A stretch of DNA of 64,000 nucleotides from an uncultured Nitrososphaerales archaeon (GTDB taxonomy: Archaea; Thermoproteota; Nitrososphaeria; Nitrososphaerales; Nitrososphaeraceae). A program made the position numbers and the translations under genes. Below the pieces are notes generated by a model, which saw only the letters and a list, made by a program, of their open reading frames with translations, ran no database searches and was not told the DNA's origin. Numbering within the stretch: position 1 is the stretch's first letter; each line of letters opens with the position of its first letter. Shown piece by piece: positions 55,564 through 64,000 of this stretch. Where the stretch lies: assembly GCA_963713605.1 (NCBI GenBank), contig CAVQMO010000003.1, positions 61,892 to 125,891 on the forward strand, read 5' to 3'.

Positions 55564-56149
55564 TCACCTACTCTTTCTACTTCTTCTCATTTTGTTACTC
55601 TTAAGTGACCTACTTTTCTTAGATTTAGGTTTAACGTTAGCACTTGAGGAACCTAGTTTTTTAAATTTTGCTTTTGTACTTGTTCCTGTTCCAGAAGTTG
55701 TTCTTATCCTTTGAATATCTTTTTGAATTCGTGTCACTTGCTTTTGTAGCTGACTGACTTGAGATTGAATCTGTTTTATTGATTGTAAAGGTGATTGGCT
55801 TACTCCTGGGCCATTTGTCGACTTAGTCTGCTTCTGCTTTTGTATTGATTGAACCATCATTATTATCTTATTAATCTGATTTCCATTTTTTTCTACCTGC
55901 TTTGAAATATTAGATAAATAAAAAGTTATTCTCCTCTTCTGTTTCCTTTTGCTAATTTTGGGTTCCTGCTGTGAACTTGGACTGTACTTGTTCTGGCAGT
56001 TTTTCTTCTTGGGGTACTGCAACTGGTACTTCTTCGATCGAAATCTGTTTATCAGCCACATCAATTGAGGTAGCTCCTTCTTCCCTTTCCTCTGGCTGCG
56101 TATCCATCTCTCCAGTCATAATAGGCCCTTCCGCCCTTTCCTCTGACAT
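55564..56149 (-). CDS. Acidic-N / coiled-coil / Lys-Arg-rich-C protein (frameshift near 55975)
   Basis: ORFs 55952..56152 and 55564..56064 join; tail KPKSKKSRSLKSNKMRRSRKSR. Confidence 0.65.
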
Positions 56150-56400
56150 CAACTAGTTTTTTTGTCTTTACCTTATTTATCTTAAATATATGATAGAACA
56201 TAGGATTTACATAATAATCTTAATGGTACATATAGTAATAGATGATCGTGAATGAAAGGATAGCTCTAGACCGAACATAATCAGCTATGCTATCTGCATA
56301 GGCGGTGTCTGTCAACTAAATTCTCATTTGTCAAATATGTGCCTCAAAAGATCCATGAGAGATAAGTAACTATTGACGAAGTTTTTTTAGAATATATACG

Positions 56401-56935
56401 CGATAAGACAAGCTTGATTTTTATTTCAATTGATAGGAGTGTGTCCTAACCATATTCATTCTGAAAGAAGTGTATGAGTCTAGTTCTCTTGCTTTAGTAC
56501 CAAAGTTCTCTAAGCGTTCATCCAAGTCTATGACTATCATAAAAATGTCATATCATAGGCAGCCAGAACAGCAATAATGACCCACATAACTGCTGAATTT
56601 ATGATGATGATTTACGAATAGACAACTCTTTTTGTCTAAGGTCACAATCACTTTAAATACTTCGCAGCGTGCATAAGGTTCGTGTCAAGTGACAGACTTG
56701 CTAGGAATGACCATCTAGTCCTTATTGCTGTCATATCTACTCTTGTTATCACAAGTTCATCAATCGGTAACTATGGTTTCTTTGACATTACTAAAGTAGT
56801 GTATGGTCAATCAGATCCAGACCAAATGAATACCAACACTACGAATTCGGTAAATATGCAAGATATCCCATTAGAAAAAGTCCGCGTCGGAGATATTGAT
56901 ATTGCGTACAAGATGTTTGGTAAAGGTGACCCTAT
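56401..56935. repeat. Second copy of the hydrolase promoter/5' repeat
   Basis: See 51852..52395. Confidence 0.92.
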
Positions 56936-57731
56936 AATACTTTTCAATGGCGCTTCTGATAGTATGGATGCCTGGGGTCCTTCCTTTCTAATGGGTCTTT
57001 CTTCAAATCACACAGTGATTGCGTTTGATCAACGTGGAATTGGAAATACAACAGCTGGTTCCAAACCATACACTTACCAGCAACTAGCAAACGATACAGC
57101 TGGTTTGCTTGATGCTCTGAAAATACCAAAAGCAGATGTTATGGGATATTCTTTAGGAGGACATATAGCTCAGGCATTTACAATTAGCTATCCAGAAAAG
57201 GTTAACAGGCTCATACTTGTTGCTACATCCTGTGGAGGAAAAGATGGTATACCTAAACCACCTGAGTTTATAAAATTCCAAGCGGAAATTGTAAACAAAT
57301 CTCAAAATAATGTTTCACTCAGTGCAGAGGATATTAAAACGCTTAATGCTGCCTCATTAGGATCAGGATGGATCAAACTACATCCTGAATCTCTTGAAGG
57401 ATTTGAAAATATTACATCATTACAACAATTGAAGCCTGGTTTGCCCCCTGAAACAGAGAAGAATCAGGCAAACCTAGTTGTTTGGGAGGATACCAACTGG
57501 AGTGGTGCTTGCGATGCGGAAGCGAAATTAGCTAAACCCACGTTGGCCATAGCAGGAACAGATGATAATGACTACATGCCTCACGGAAATGCTTTAAAGA
57601 TTGCAGAAAAGATTCCAGGAGCCTGGCTTGTACAGATAAAAGATGCTGGTCATGCAGTAATGAATCAATACCCGGCTGAGATTGGTGAGATAGTAAATAC
57701 ATTTCTATCGACTACTAGCCAAAACAATTGA
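56682..57731 (+). CDS. Secreted alpha/beta hydrolase 2
   Basis: GYSLG, DDND, AGH. Confidence 0.9.
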   Translation: MSSDRLARNDHLVLIAVISTLVITSSSIGNYGFFDITKVVYGQSDPDQMNTNTTNSVNMQDIPLEKVRVGDIDIAYKMFGKGDPIILFNGASDSMDAWGPSFLMGLSSNHTVIAFDQRGIGNTTAGSKPYTYQQLANDTAGLLDALKIPKADVMGYSLGGHIAQAFTISYPEKVNRLILVATSCGGKDGIPKPPEFIKFQAEIVNKSQNNVSLSAEDIKTLNAASLGSGWIKLHPESLEGFENITSLQQLKPGLPPETEKNQANLVVWEDTNWSGACDAEAKLAKPTLAIAGTDDNDYMPHGNALKIAEKIPGAWLVQIKDAGHAVMNQYPAEIGEIVNTFLSTTSQNN

Positions 57732-58118
57732 ATCATCCATTGAATGAAGCATAAACTGAATTTGGGATCTAGCTAAGACATGATTCCATAAACTGAAACA
57801 CGTTTTAGTTAGCATATCTTATCGTTCAGATGATGAGCCCCTTTACCTACGGGAATCTAACCCCCTTGGGCCACTAACAAGCCAAGCGGGTGTATGAATG
57901 ATATGTCATAAACATCCACTTATCTTTATTATGAAGACACACCTCTCAATGTTAACGGATTGTGATCCCTTTCCACAATTCTTTAGGAATCTGTATTGAA
58001 ATCCCGTTCTTTCCTCTTATCAAGAGGTAAATTGATGTAAAATAGTATTCGTGTGCATTTTATATCTAGGTAACTAGTGAATCAAAAAATATACGGGATC
58101 TGGTGGCTATTATGAATT

Positions 58119-58229
58119 CTAGTCACTATTTGAAGCCGCTGACGAAGATGAATCGTTATTGTCATCATCTTCATTATCGCCAGAAGATACTGCTGCCGCT
58201 GCCGATGCTGCATCGGGTGGAGATTGCAT
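58119..58229 (-). CDS. 36-aa Ala/Asp/Ser-rich micro-ORF
   Basis: MQSPPDAASAAAAVSSGDNEDDDNNDSSSSAASNSD*; composition like 2413..2710. Confidence 0.3.
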   Translation of the reverse strand: MQSPPDAASAAAAVSSGDNEDDDNNDSSSSAASNSD

Positions 58230-58334
58230 TATAAATAGATAAATCAGCTTGCAGCACTGATTATATTATCTGATTATTTTTGTACAATTTTATTAGGTTT
58301 ATTTTTATATAACTCATTTGGCACTGGTCAAATA

Positions 58335-59266
58335 TTGATAAACACTCATTTCTGCCTTGAAATATGGGGAACTGAATATAGCAAGATCAAAGAAGTATGT
58401 TTTTTGGCTGAAAAATTGGGATATTACGGGTTTTACTATGGTGAGTCTTTAGCAGATATAGATTTGGATTGTTGGACCGTAATTTCTAATTTATCCGCGG
58501 TAACTCAAGAGATTAAACTAGGGCCTGTTATAACATATATGTTCCCTCAATACAGGAACATTTCTCTATTAGCAAAGCAAGCTTTGACAATGCAGGAGAT
58601 TTCTAATGATAGACTTGAGTTTCGAACAGGTGCGGGTGCAACACTCCAATGGGCTTCGCAATGGTGGCATCCTTATGAGATAGATTATCCAAATAATGGT
58701 GAAAGAGTAGCATTACTTGACGAAGGGATACAACTACTGTTAATGTTATGGAGTAAGCCTTCATCGACATTTGAAGGCAACCATTTTAAAGTAAGAGATG
58801 CAAGATTAACAAAACATACGCAGACTCAAAGCATAGCACTATTCCAATAACAGTAGCAGCAAAACAAGATAATACTATGAGAATAGCTGCTAAGTATGCT
58901 CACGTTTGGGAGTGCTCTTATCTGACTCCAGAACAATTTATTACTCTAAATGAAAGGTTTGAAAGCATATGTAAAGAAATCAATCGAAATGGAGATAGAA
59001 GAAGAATAGTCAAATCAATTGAACTAGATGTTATTATCTCTGAATCTGAATCAGATTTAGAATACAAGAAAAAACTATTTGCTATGGAGAGAGGGCCGGC
59101 TGTGGCTAATCAGATGCTTAAACATGGACTCGTTGGAACACCTGAAAAAATAAGAGAAAGGCTTAAGCAGTATACAGATGCAGGAGTAGATCAGTTCTTG
59201 CTTGCATTTCAGGACCCACTTGATATAAAAGCATTAGAATTATTCATGAACACTGTAGGTAACTAA
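58335..59266 (+). CDS. LLM-class (luciferase-like, probably F420-dependent) oxidoreductase (frameshift near 58840)
   Basis: AEKLGY, LSAVTQEIKLGPVIT, RLEFRTGAG, GTPEKIRERL..Y.DAGVD. Confidence 0.88.
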
Positions 59267-59791
59267 GTCCGAAAAAGCAAAGTTAAAATATCTTAGCTTC
59301 TTTCAAGTTTCAATCTGAATGAGTTTGATTTTTTCTGAAAACTTTTGAAGTTTTAGACCTTGTAAGTCATTTGTCACGCATGTCCAATAACATTATTAAT
59401 AATGTCCTATTTTTATAATATCTATATAGCTATGATAGGTGGAAAAGTATGCTTTGCAGAAGCCATAATAATATCTGGGCAGTATGTGTCAATATGGCTG
59501 CAACAACCCCCCCGATGGATTTCTGCTGTTTGAGTCAGAATCAAGCGATGCATTTCTTGATTGGTGGTCAAGATTTAAGGACAAAGTTAGATGGTATCTT
59601 GAACAAACACATACGATAGCTGCTAGAAGACGTTAGTTAGTTACTCACTAGCTAGCTAATCCCTTCCAAGCTCATAAGTGCTGAGCTAGTGATTGAGCTT
59701 TGTGACTGAATAAAGTGTGGGTATGCATTGATTACTATTTCTCATTGTATGATTCTCTTGATGCACTGATACTTCAAAAAATTTGCTCCAA

Positions 59792-60351
59792 TCATTTCAT
59801 CATCATACCACTTGTTGAATTTGATATTTGTCCACGGATTTCTCCATCTGGATATTGAGTTGTATGAACGTTCACGTATAATCCCATAGAATGCATAGAA
59901 CTTAGGAGCTCAGAAAGTTGTTTGCCAGCAAATGGTCCTTGAAGATTATCAGCAGTTATATCCCCTTCAGAGAGGAGGCCAGAAACCATTTTCGGTGTGG
60001 GAATATCAGGTTTAAACAATGTTATTACAATAGGTCCGTTTTGGCCTTGTTTACCACTGTGAATGTGGAGCTGCTGTGACATTATCTATATCTGTTACAT
60101 TCAAAGTATAAGTTACTGTATTCTCATTTAATATTGGCCTAAATTCAGCTAATCCAGTAGCATTCGTTTCTATTGAGGGTATTTCCATATTGCCGAAGAG
60201 CTTGGCAGTAAATTGCTGTTCAGTTACCCCTGCAGTAGCAAACACAGGAATTAAGAAATTGGTTATAGCACCAGTTTCTACTATCATTATTATCTGTATA
60301 ATTAGAGGCTATTGGTATCACAGTAGAACATCCAAAAATCATATTTACCAT
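59792..60351 (-). CDS. CHRD-domain secreted protein (frameshifted)
   Basis: Close paralog of 53817..54235 that retains an N-terminal signal region. Confidence 0.8.
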
Positions 60352-60672
60352 CGTGAATGGAATAAGTAAGGCAATTCAATATTTAAAGGAATTTCACTTA
60401 AACAATATCAATACAGTACCGCAATACGATCTATGCTTCGATGCCGTTTCAGCACAGCAGACCTGAGTGGAGGTACCGTGGAGGTGATGATCCCAAGAGA
60501 TTGTTTGAAGCAAGGATTAAAATGGGTGATTCTGAATTTGAGCATTTCAGAACTACTACAGAACTGACAGGAATATTTTTAGATTATTTAGGCTAATTAA
60601 CGTATAATGTATGTTTTATAGGGGTCAGAATAAATTGAACCTTTAAAATGTTTGTTGTGCTCGTATGTACTC

Positions 60673-60888
60673 ATGACGAGAAGTTTCAACGATTGGTGGA
60701 ATGCTATCCCGTCTGACTTAAAAGAGAAAGCTCATGGGGGCGATGAAGGAAATAAACAATCACTTAACCAACTTAATCAAACTCTGTTGCATCTAGATTT
60801 GGCTGGCAGACACGATGCAAAACCATCTCACGAAGAACTCAAAGATTGGCTGCGTAGCGGTCAGGTAAATGTAGTCAGAGTGAAGTAA
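60673..60888 (+). CDS. Small hypothetical protein
   Basis: MTRSFNDWWNAIP... intact ORF, TTTAAA at about 60642. Confidence 0.6.
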   Translation: MTRSFNDWWNAIPSDLKEKAHGGDEGNKQSLNQLNQTLLHLDLAGRHDAKPSHEELKDWLRSGQVNVVRVK

Positions 60889-60929
60889 ATTACAACAATA
60901 GTAATTACAGAAACACCGTACACAGGTTC

Positions 60930-61718
60930 TCATTGAGGGAGTTGAGCAAGCTTCATATCTTCTTCTTCAAGCTGAAAGTCAAATACTTGACTATTCTCTC
61001 TGATTCGATTCTCTTGTTTAGATTTTGGAATTACAACTAGACCATGTTGTAAACTCCATCTAATTAGGATCTGTGCTGGGTTTTTATCATATTTTTTTGC
61101 CAGACCTTTTAGAGCAGGATGATTAAGCCTTTGACCTCTAGTCAATGGACTATATGCCTCTAGCTGAATGTTGCTATTTTTGCAGAATTCTAACAACTTC
61201 TCTTGGTACAGAAACGGATGAAATTCAACCTGATTTACCGACGGTATAACATCAAAGTTTTGGAATATTTCTTGCAAGTGGGAAATCTCATAATTGCTTA
61301 CTCCAATAGCTCTAGTTTTGCCTTCCCTTAACAATTGAATCATAGCCTTCCAAGTTTCTTTGCTCTGGCCTTCAACTGGCCAGTGGATCAAGTATAAGTC
61401 AACGTAAGTTAGTCCTAAACGCCTTAAACTTTTTTCACATGCTTTAAGAGTAGAATGATAACCTTGATCACTATTCCACACCTTTGTAGAAATAAAGACC
61501 TCTTCTCTGTCTATCCCACTTTCTATGACAGCTTTGCCGACATCCCTTTCATTGTCGTATAGCCAAGCGGTATCTATATGTCTATAACCAATATTCAGTG
61601 CATATCTTACTGCACGCAATGTAGGTTCTCCAGAAGGTGTTTGATAAACTCCTAAGCCTAGACGCGGAATCTCTACTCCAGTATTCAAGGTAATACTGGA
61701 TTGCAAAGTCAATTGCAT
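60930..61718 (-). CDS. Aldo/keto reductase
   Basis: GYRHIDTAWLY, TKVW, DLYLIHWP, IGVSN, NQVEFHP, IPKS. Confidence 0.95.
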   Translation of the reverse strand: MQLTLQSSITLNTGVEIPRLGLGVYQTPSGEPTLRAVRYALNIGYRHIDTAWLYDNERDVGKAVIESGIDREEVFISTKVWNSDQGYHSTLKACEKSLRRLGLTYVDLYLIHWPVEGQSKETWKAMIQLLREGKTRAIGVSNYEISHLQEIFQNFDVIPSVNQVEFHPFLYQEKLLEFCKNSNIQLEAYSPLTRGQRLNHPALKGLAKKYDKNPAQILIRWSLQHGLVVIPKSKQENRIRENSQVFDFQLEEEDMKLAQLPQ

Positions 61719-61771
61719 AATGAAATATCGTATTAAGGAATCTACATAACTCTACCGGTCATATAACTATG

Positions 61772-62188
61772 CTATAGTAAAGTAGAAGACTCTCTAATGA
61801 TTACCTTTGTTCCGTCTTTAATCTGGTTCAAAATATCGTCCTTATTAGAAGAATCCACAATCTTACCTATTATATTTACAGGAGAGTACGCCAGTATTTT
61901 TCCGTTCTTACTAATGGGAGTTGGTCCGTAAAATAAACATAATGCATTTCCTTCAGGCCAGTAAGCAGCGTCTAATTCATTAACTTCTGTCTTTGCATGA
62001 TCTTCCTGTTCAACAGCTATTGCAGTTCGATCCGTATAGAGCTCTTCTCCCCACTTGTTGATACTAACTTCAAGTGGCAAATTATCAAGTATTGCTTTGA
62101 AAGTCTTTGGGGAGAGAGAATCATCCAATTCTATTCCAACAATTTTATCATCTAGTTCGGGAAATACAACATCAATGATCCTTTTCAT
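61772..62188 (-). CDS. Cyclophilin-like fold protein (DUF369-like)
   Basis: SPKTFKAI..LP...WGEELY...AYWPEGNALCLFYGPTP. Confidence 0.85.
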   Translation of the reverse strand: MKRIIDVVFPELDDKIVGIELDDSLSPKTFKAILDNLPLEVSINKWGEELYTDRTAIAVEQEDHAKTEVNELDAAYWPEGNALCLFYGPTPISKNGKILAYSPVNIIGKIVDSSNKDDILNQIKDGTKVIIRESSTLL

Positions 62189-62275
62189 TACATCATATTG
62201 ATCGATAGCAACTTATATATTCAGATGCATATGCTGGTCGATTTCAACGTTACTAAGACAATTATCGCCATCATA

Positions 62276-62737
62276 TCATTCCCATGCAGCTATATCTTTC
62301 TCCGCTATTATTTTTGTAGGCTTTACACGTACGAGAATAACACCTTCAGTAGTATTTCTTTCCCCGTACGCTTTTGCATTCCTCTTACCCATATATCGTT
62401 CTGCTATTCTGGTATTCCACTTTAATAGTTCGTTATATTTCGGACGGTCTAATTTTGCATTACCATGAAGAATTACAAATGAAAACTGGGGTGTCTGATC
62501 GTCTACACAAATACTCACCCGATTATCGCGTCGAATATTTGTTGCCTTAACTGAATTCTCATATGTAGTAAAAATAATATCTTCTATTTTCTTAGTTGTT
62601 CGATTTTTTCGCTCATCTAATACGAACCAAACTGGAACGACATGTGGACTTCCGTTTTTGTTGACTGAGGTAAGTTTTGCCGTAAAAGTACCTTGCATAA
62701 GAAATTTTTTTGTTTCATTTTTGGACATGTATGTCAT
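62276..62737 (-). CDS. PPOX-class F420-dependent oxidoreductase
   Basis: GSPHVVPVWF, KATNIRRDNRVSICVD. Confidence 0.9.
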   Translation of the reverse strand: MTYMSKNETKKFLMQGTFTAKLTSVNKNGSPHVVPVWFVLDERKNRTTKKIEDIIFTTYENSVKATNIRRDNRVSICVDDQTPQFSFVILHGNAKLDRPKYNELLKWNTRIAERYMGKRNAKAYGERNTTEGVILVRVKPTKIIAEKDIAAWE

Positions 62738-62972
62738 TGTAGATATATCGCCTAACTTTCTAAATAGGAATTAAAGTATATTTTTAGTTAACAGTTGAAT
62801 GTTTTTGGCATCTAAGCATCACGGTATTAATAATCCCTGCACGACGGTCGGTTATTGACAAAGTTTCTTTAGAATAATTCATTACAATATATCTTATGGG
62901 TGAGTTTAACAGATTTTGCGTAAAAGAAAAAAGTGAGTCGGATTGTTACTTGCTGTTACCTGTTATTCCTTA

Positions 62973-63981
62973 TTACCTTCCTATACACAGACCACTTGGA
63001 TTACTTGTCTGACAGCTGTTGTCCACATATTGGTTTGCGTTGATGTTTGTTGGTAGTCCGTTTGCATTGTTAAGGTCAATTACATTCTCAAGTACGTTAT
63101 TTGCTGATATTGTATTCTGTTTGCTCTGTCCATCTAGAAATACTCCATTCTGACTTCCAACTACATTGTTCATTCCTACACTGGACTGTTGTGTGTTGAC
63201 AAATGTTATTCCTGCTAGCAAGTTGCCATTCATAAGGTTTGAGTCTATAGCACCACCTGTACTTGAGTGAGATGCTACACCTATACTATTACCCTGTATG
63301 ATGTTTTGTTTTACTTGTGCATTTTCAGCTCCTGTCATAAATGTACCTATCTGGTTGTTAGATAGTATGACAGAATTAATCGTAAATCCATTTGCTCCAG
63401 TAAGAAGTACTCCTGCTTGGAAGTTGCTGAGTGAACCAGGTCCATTTACTACTACATTATCAACATTTGGTACCATAATCCCAACTTTAGAGCTGTCCTG
63501 TCCAGGTCCTGTGATTGAGAATCCATTCATGTTAATTACTGTGTTTGGACCACCTACTATGATACCATCTCCACTATTGCAGTTAAGATTTGCAGTTAGA
63601 TTTACTACTCCGCTTACCACTTGTCCACATGCTGCGTTTGTTGATGCTGCCTTGTTGTGGTTGTGCTTGTTGTGCTTGAGGTTGTTGTGCTTGTTGCTGT
63701 GGTTGAGCTTGAGGTTGTGCTTGCTGCGAAGCAGTGTCATCGCCACCAACACTATCTCCAGCATTAGGACTGATGCCCATGCCTAGTGGTGCTAATTGTG
63801 GTTGCTGTGGGAGCGTATTAACAACATTATCTCCTCCACTATTGTTACCGTTATCATCATCATCATCATTGTGTTTCGGTTTTGTTGCATCCGCTGGTGC
63901 AGTCAAACTACTTACCGATACTACTAATGCTGCCGCGATTATTACTGCTAGTATCGTTCTTGTTGTATTTATTTGATTCAT
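62973..63981 (-). CDS. Secreted right-handed parallel beta-helix protein (frameshift near 63645)
   Basis: Signal peptide, Asp/Gln/Pro linker, CG..V...V.LTANLNC, Asn-ladder repeats. Confidence 0.85.
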
Positions 63982-64000
63982 TTATAGTAACCTCCGATGC

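Noticed and set aside
57850-57864. tRNA T-arm-like sequence (possible att remnant)
   Set aside because: Reverse complement ggggttagattcccg mismatches the TTCGA core and no cloverleaf can be built around it.
1-64000. CRISPR array
   Set aside because: The only short periodic repeats (27 bp at 26139, 21 bp at 54772, 108-bp period at 17854) are in-frame coding repeats, not repeat-spacer arrays; no cas genes seen.

Overview
AT-rich archaeal DNA. Gene content (TFB, PolB2, cupredoxin, F420-dependent LLM/PPOX enzymes, many secreted low-complexity proteins) points to a soil ammonia-oxidising archaeon of the Nitrososphaeraceae type; this is an inference. Most of the window is accessory. About 0.4-32.6 kb is a mosaic island that looks like several co-oriented, decayed copies of one integrative element family. 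The copies carry tyrosine integrase, AbrB, a fused TopoVI-B/A (Topo VIII-like) gene, and an HTH protein plus terminase large subunit (four TerL pieces, two TerS-like genes, all on the minus strand). No capsid, portal or tail genes were recognised. Secreted/surface-protein cargo is interleaved, including a modular adhesin family with an orphan alternative C-terminus. 33.6-41.5 kb holds an ATP-dependent ligase, a TFB pseudogene, PolB2 and a 6TM voltage-gated channel with a TLEGWVN filter. 42.2-50.0 kb is a second integrative element (integrase, AAA+ replication protein containing two 11-bp inverted-repeat sites, Mini-A-like type IIB topoisomerase, truncated defence genes). 50.4-64 kb contains duplicated hydrolase/CHRD modules and ordinary oxidoreductases. 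Many genes are split by single-base frameshifts, some probably assembly indel errors. No rRNA, tRNA or CRISPR array was seen. All calls come from motif recognition by eye, with no database searches.
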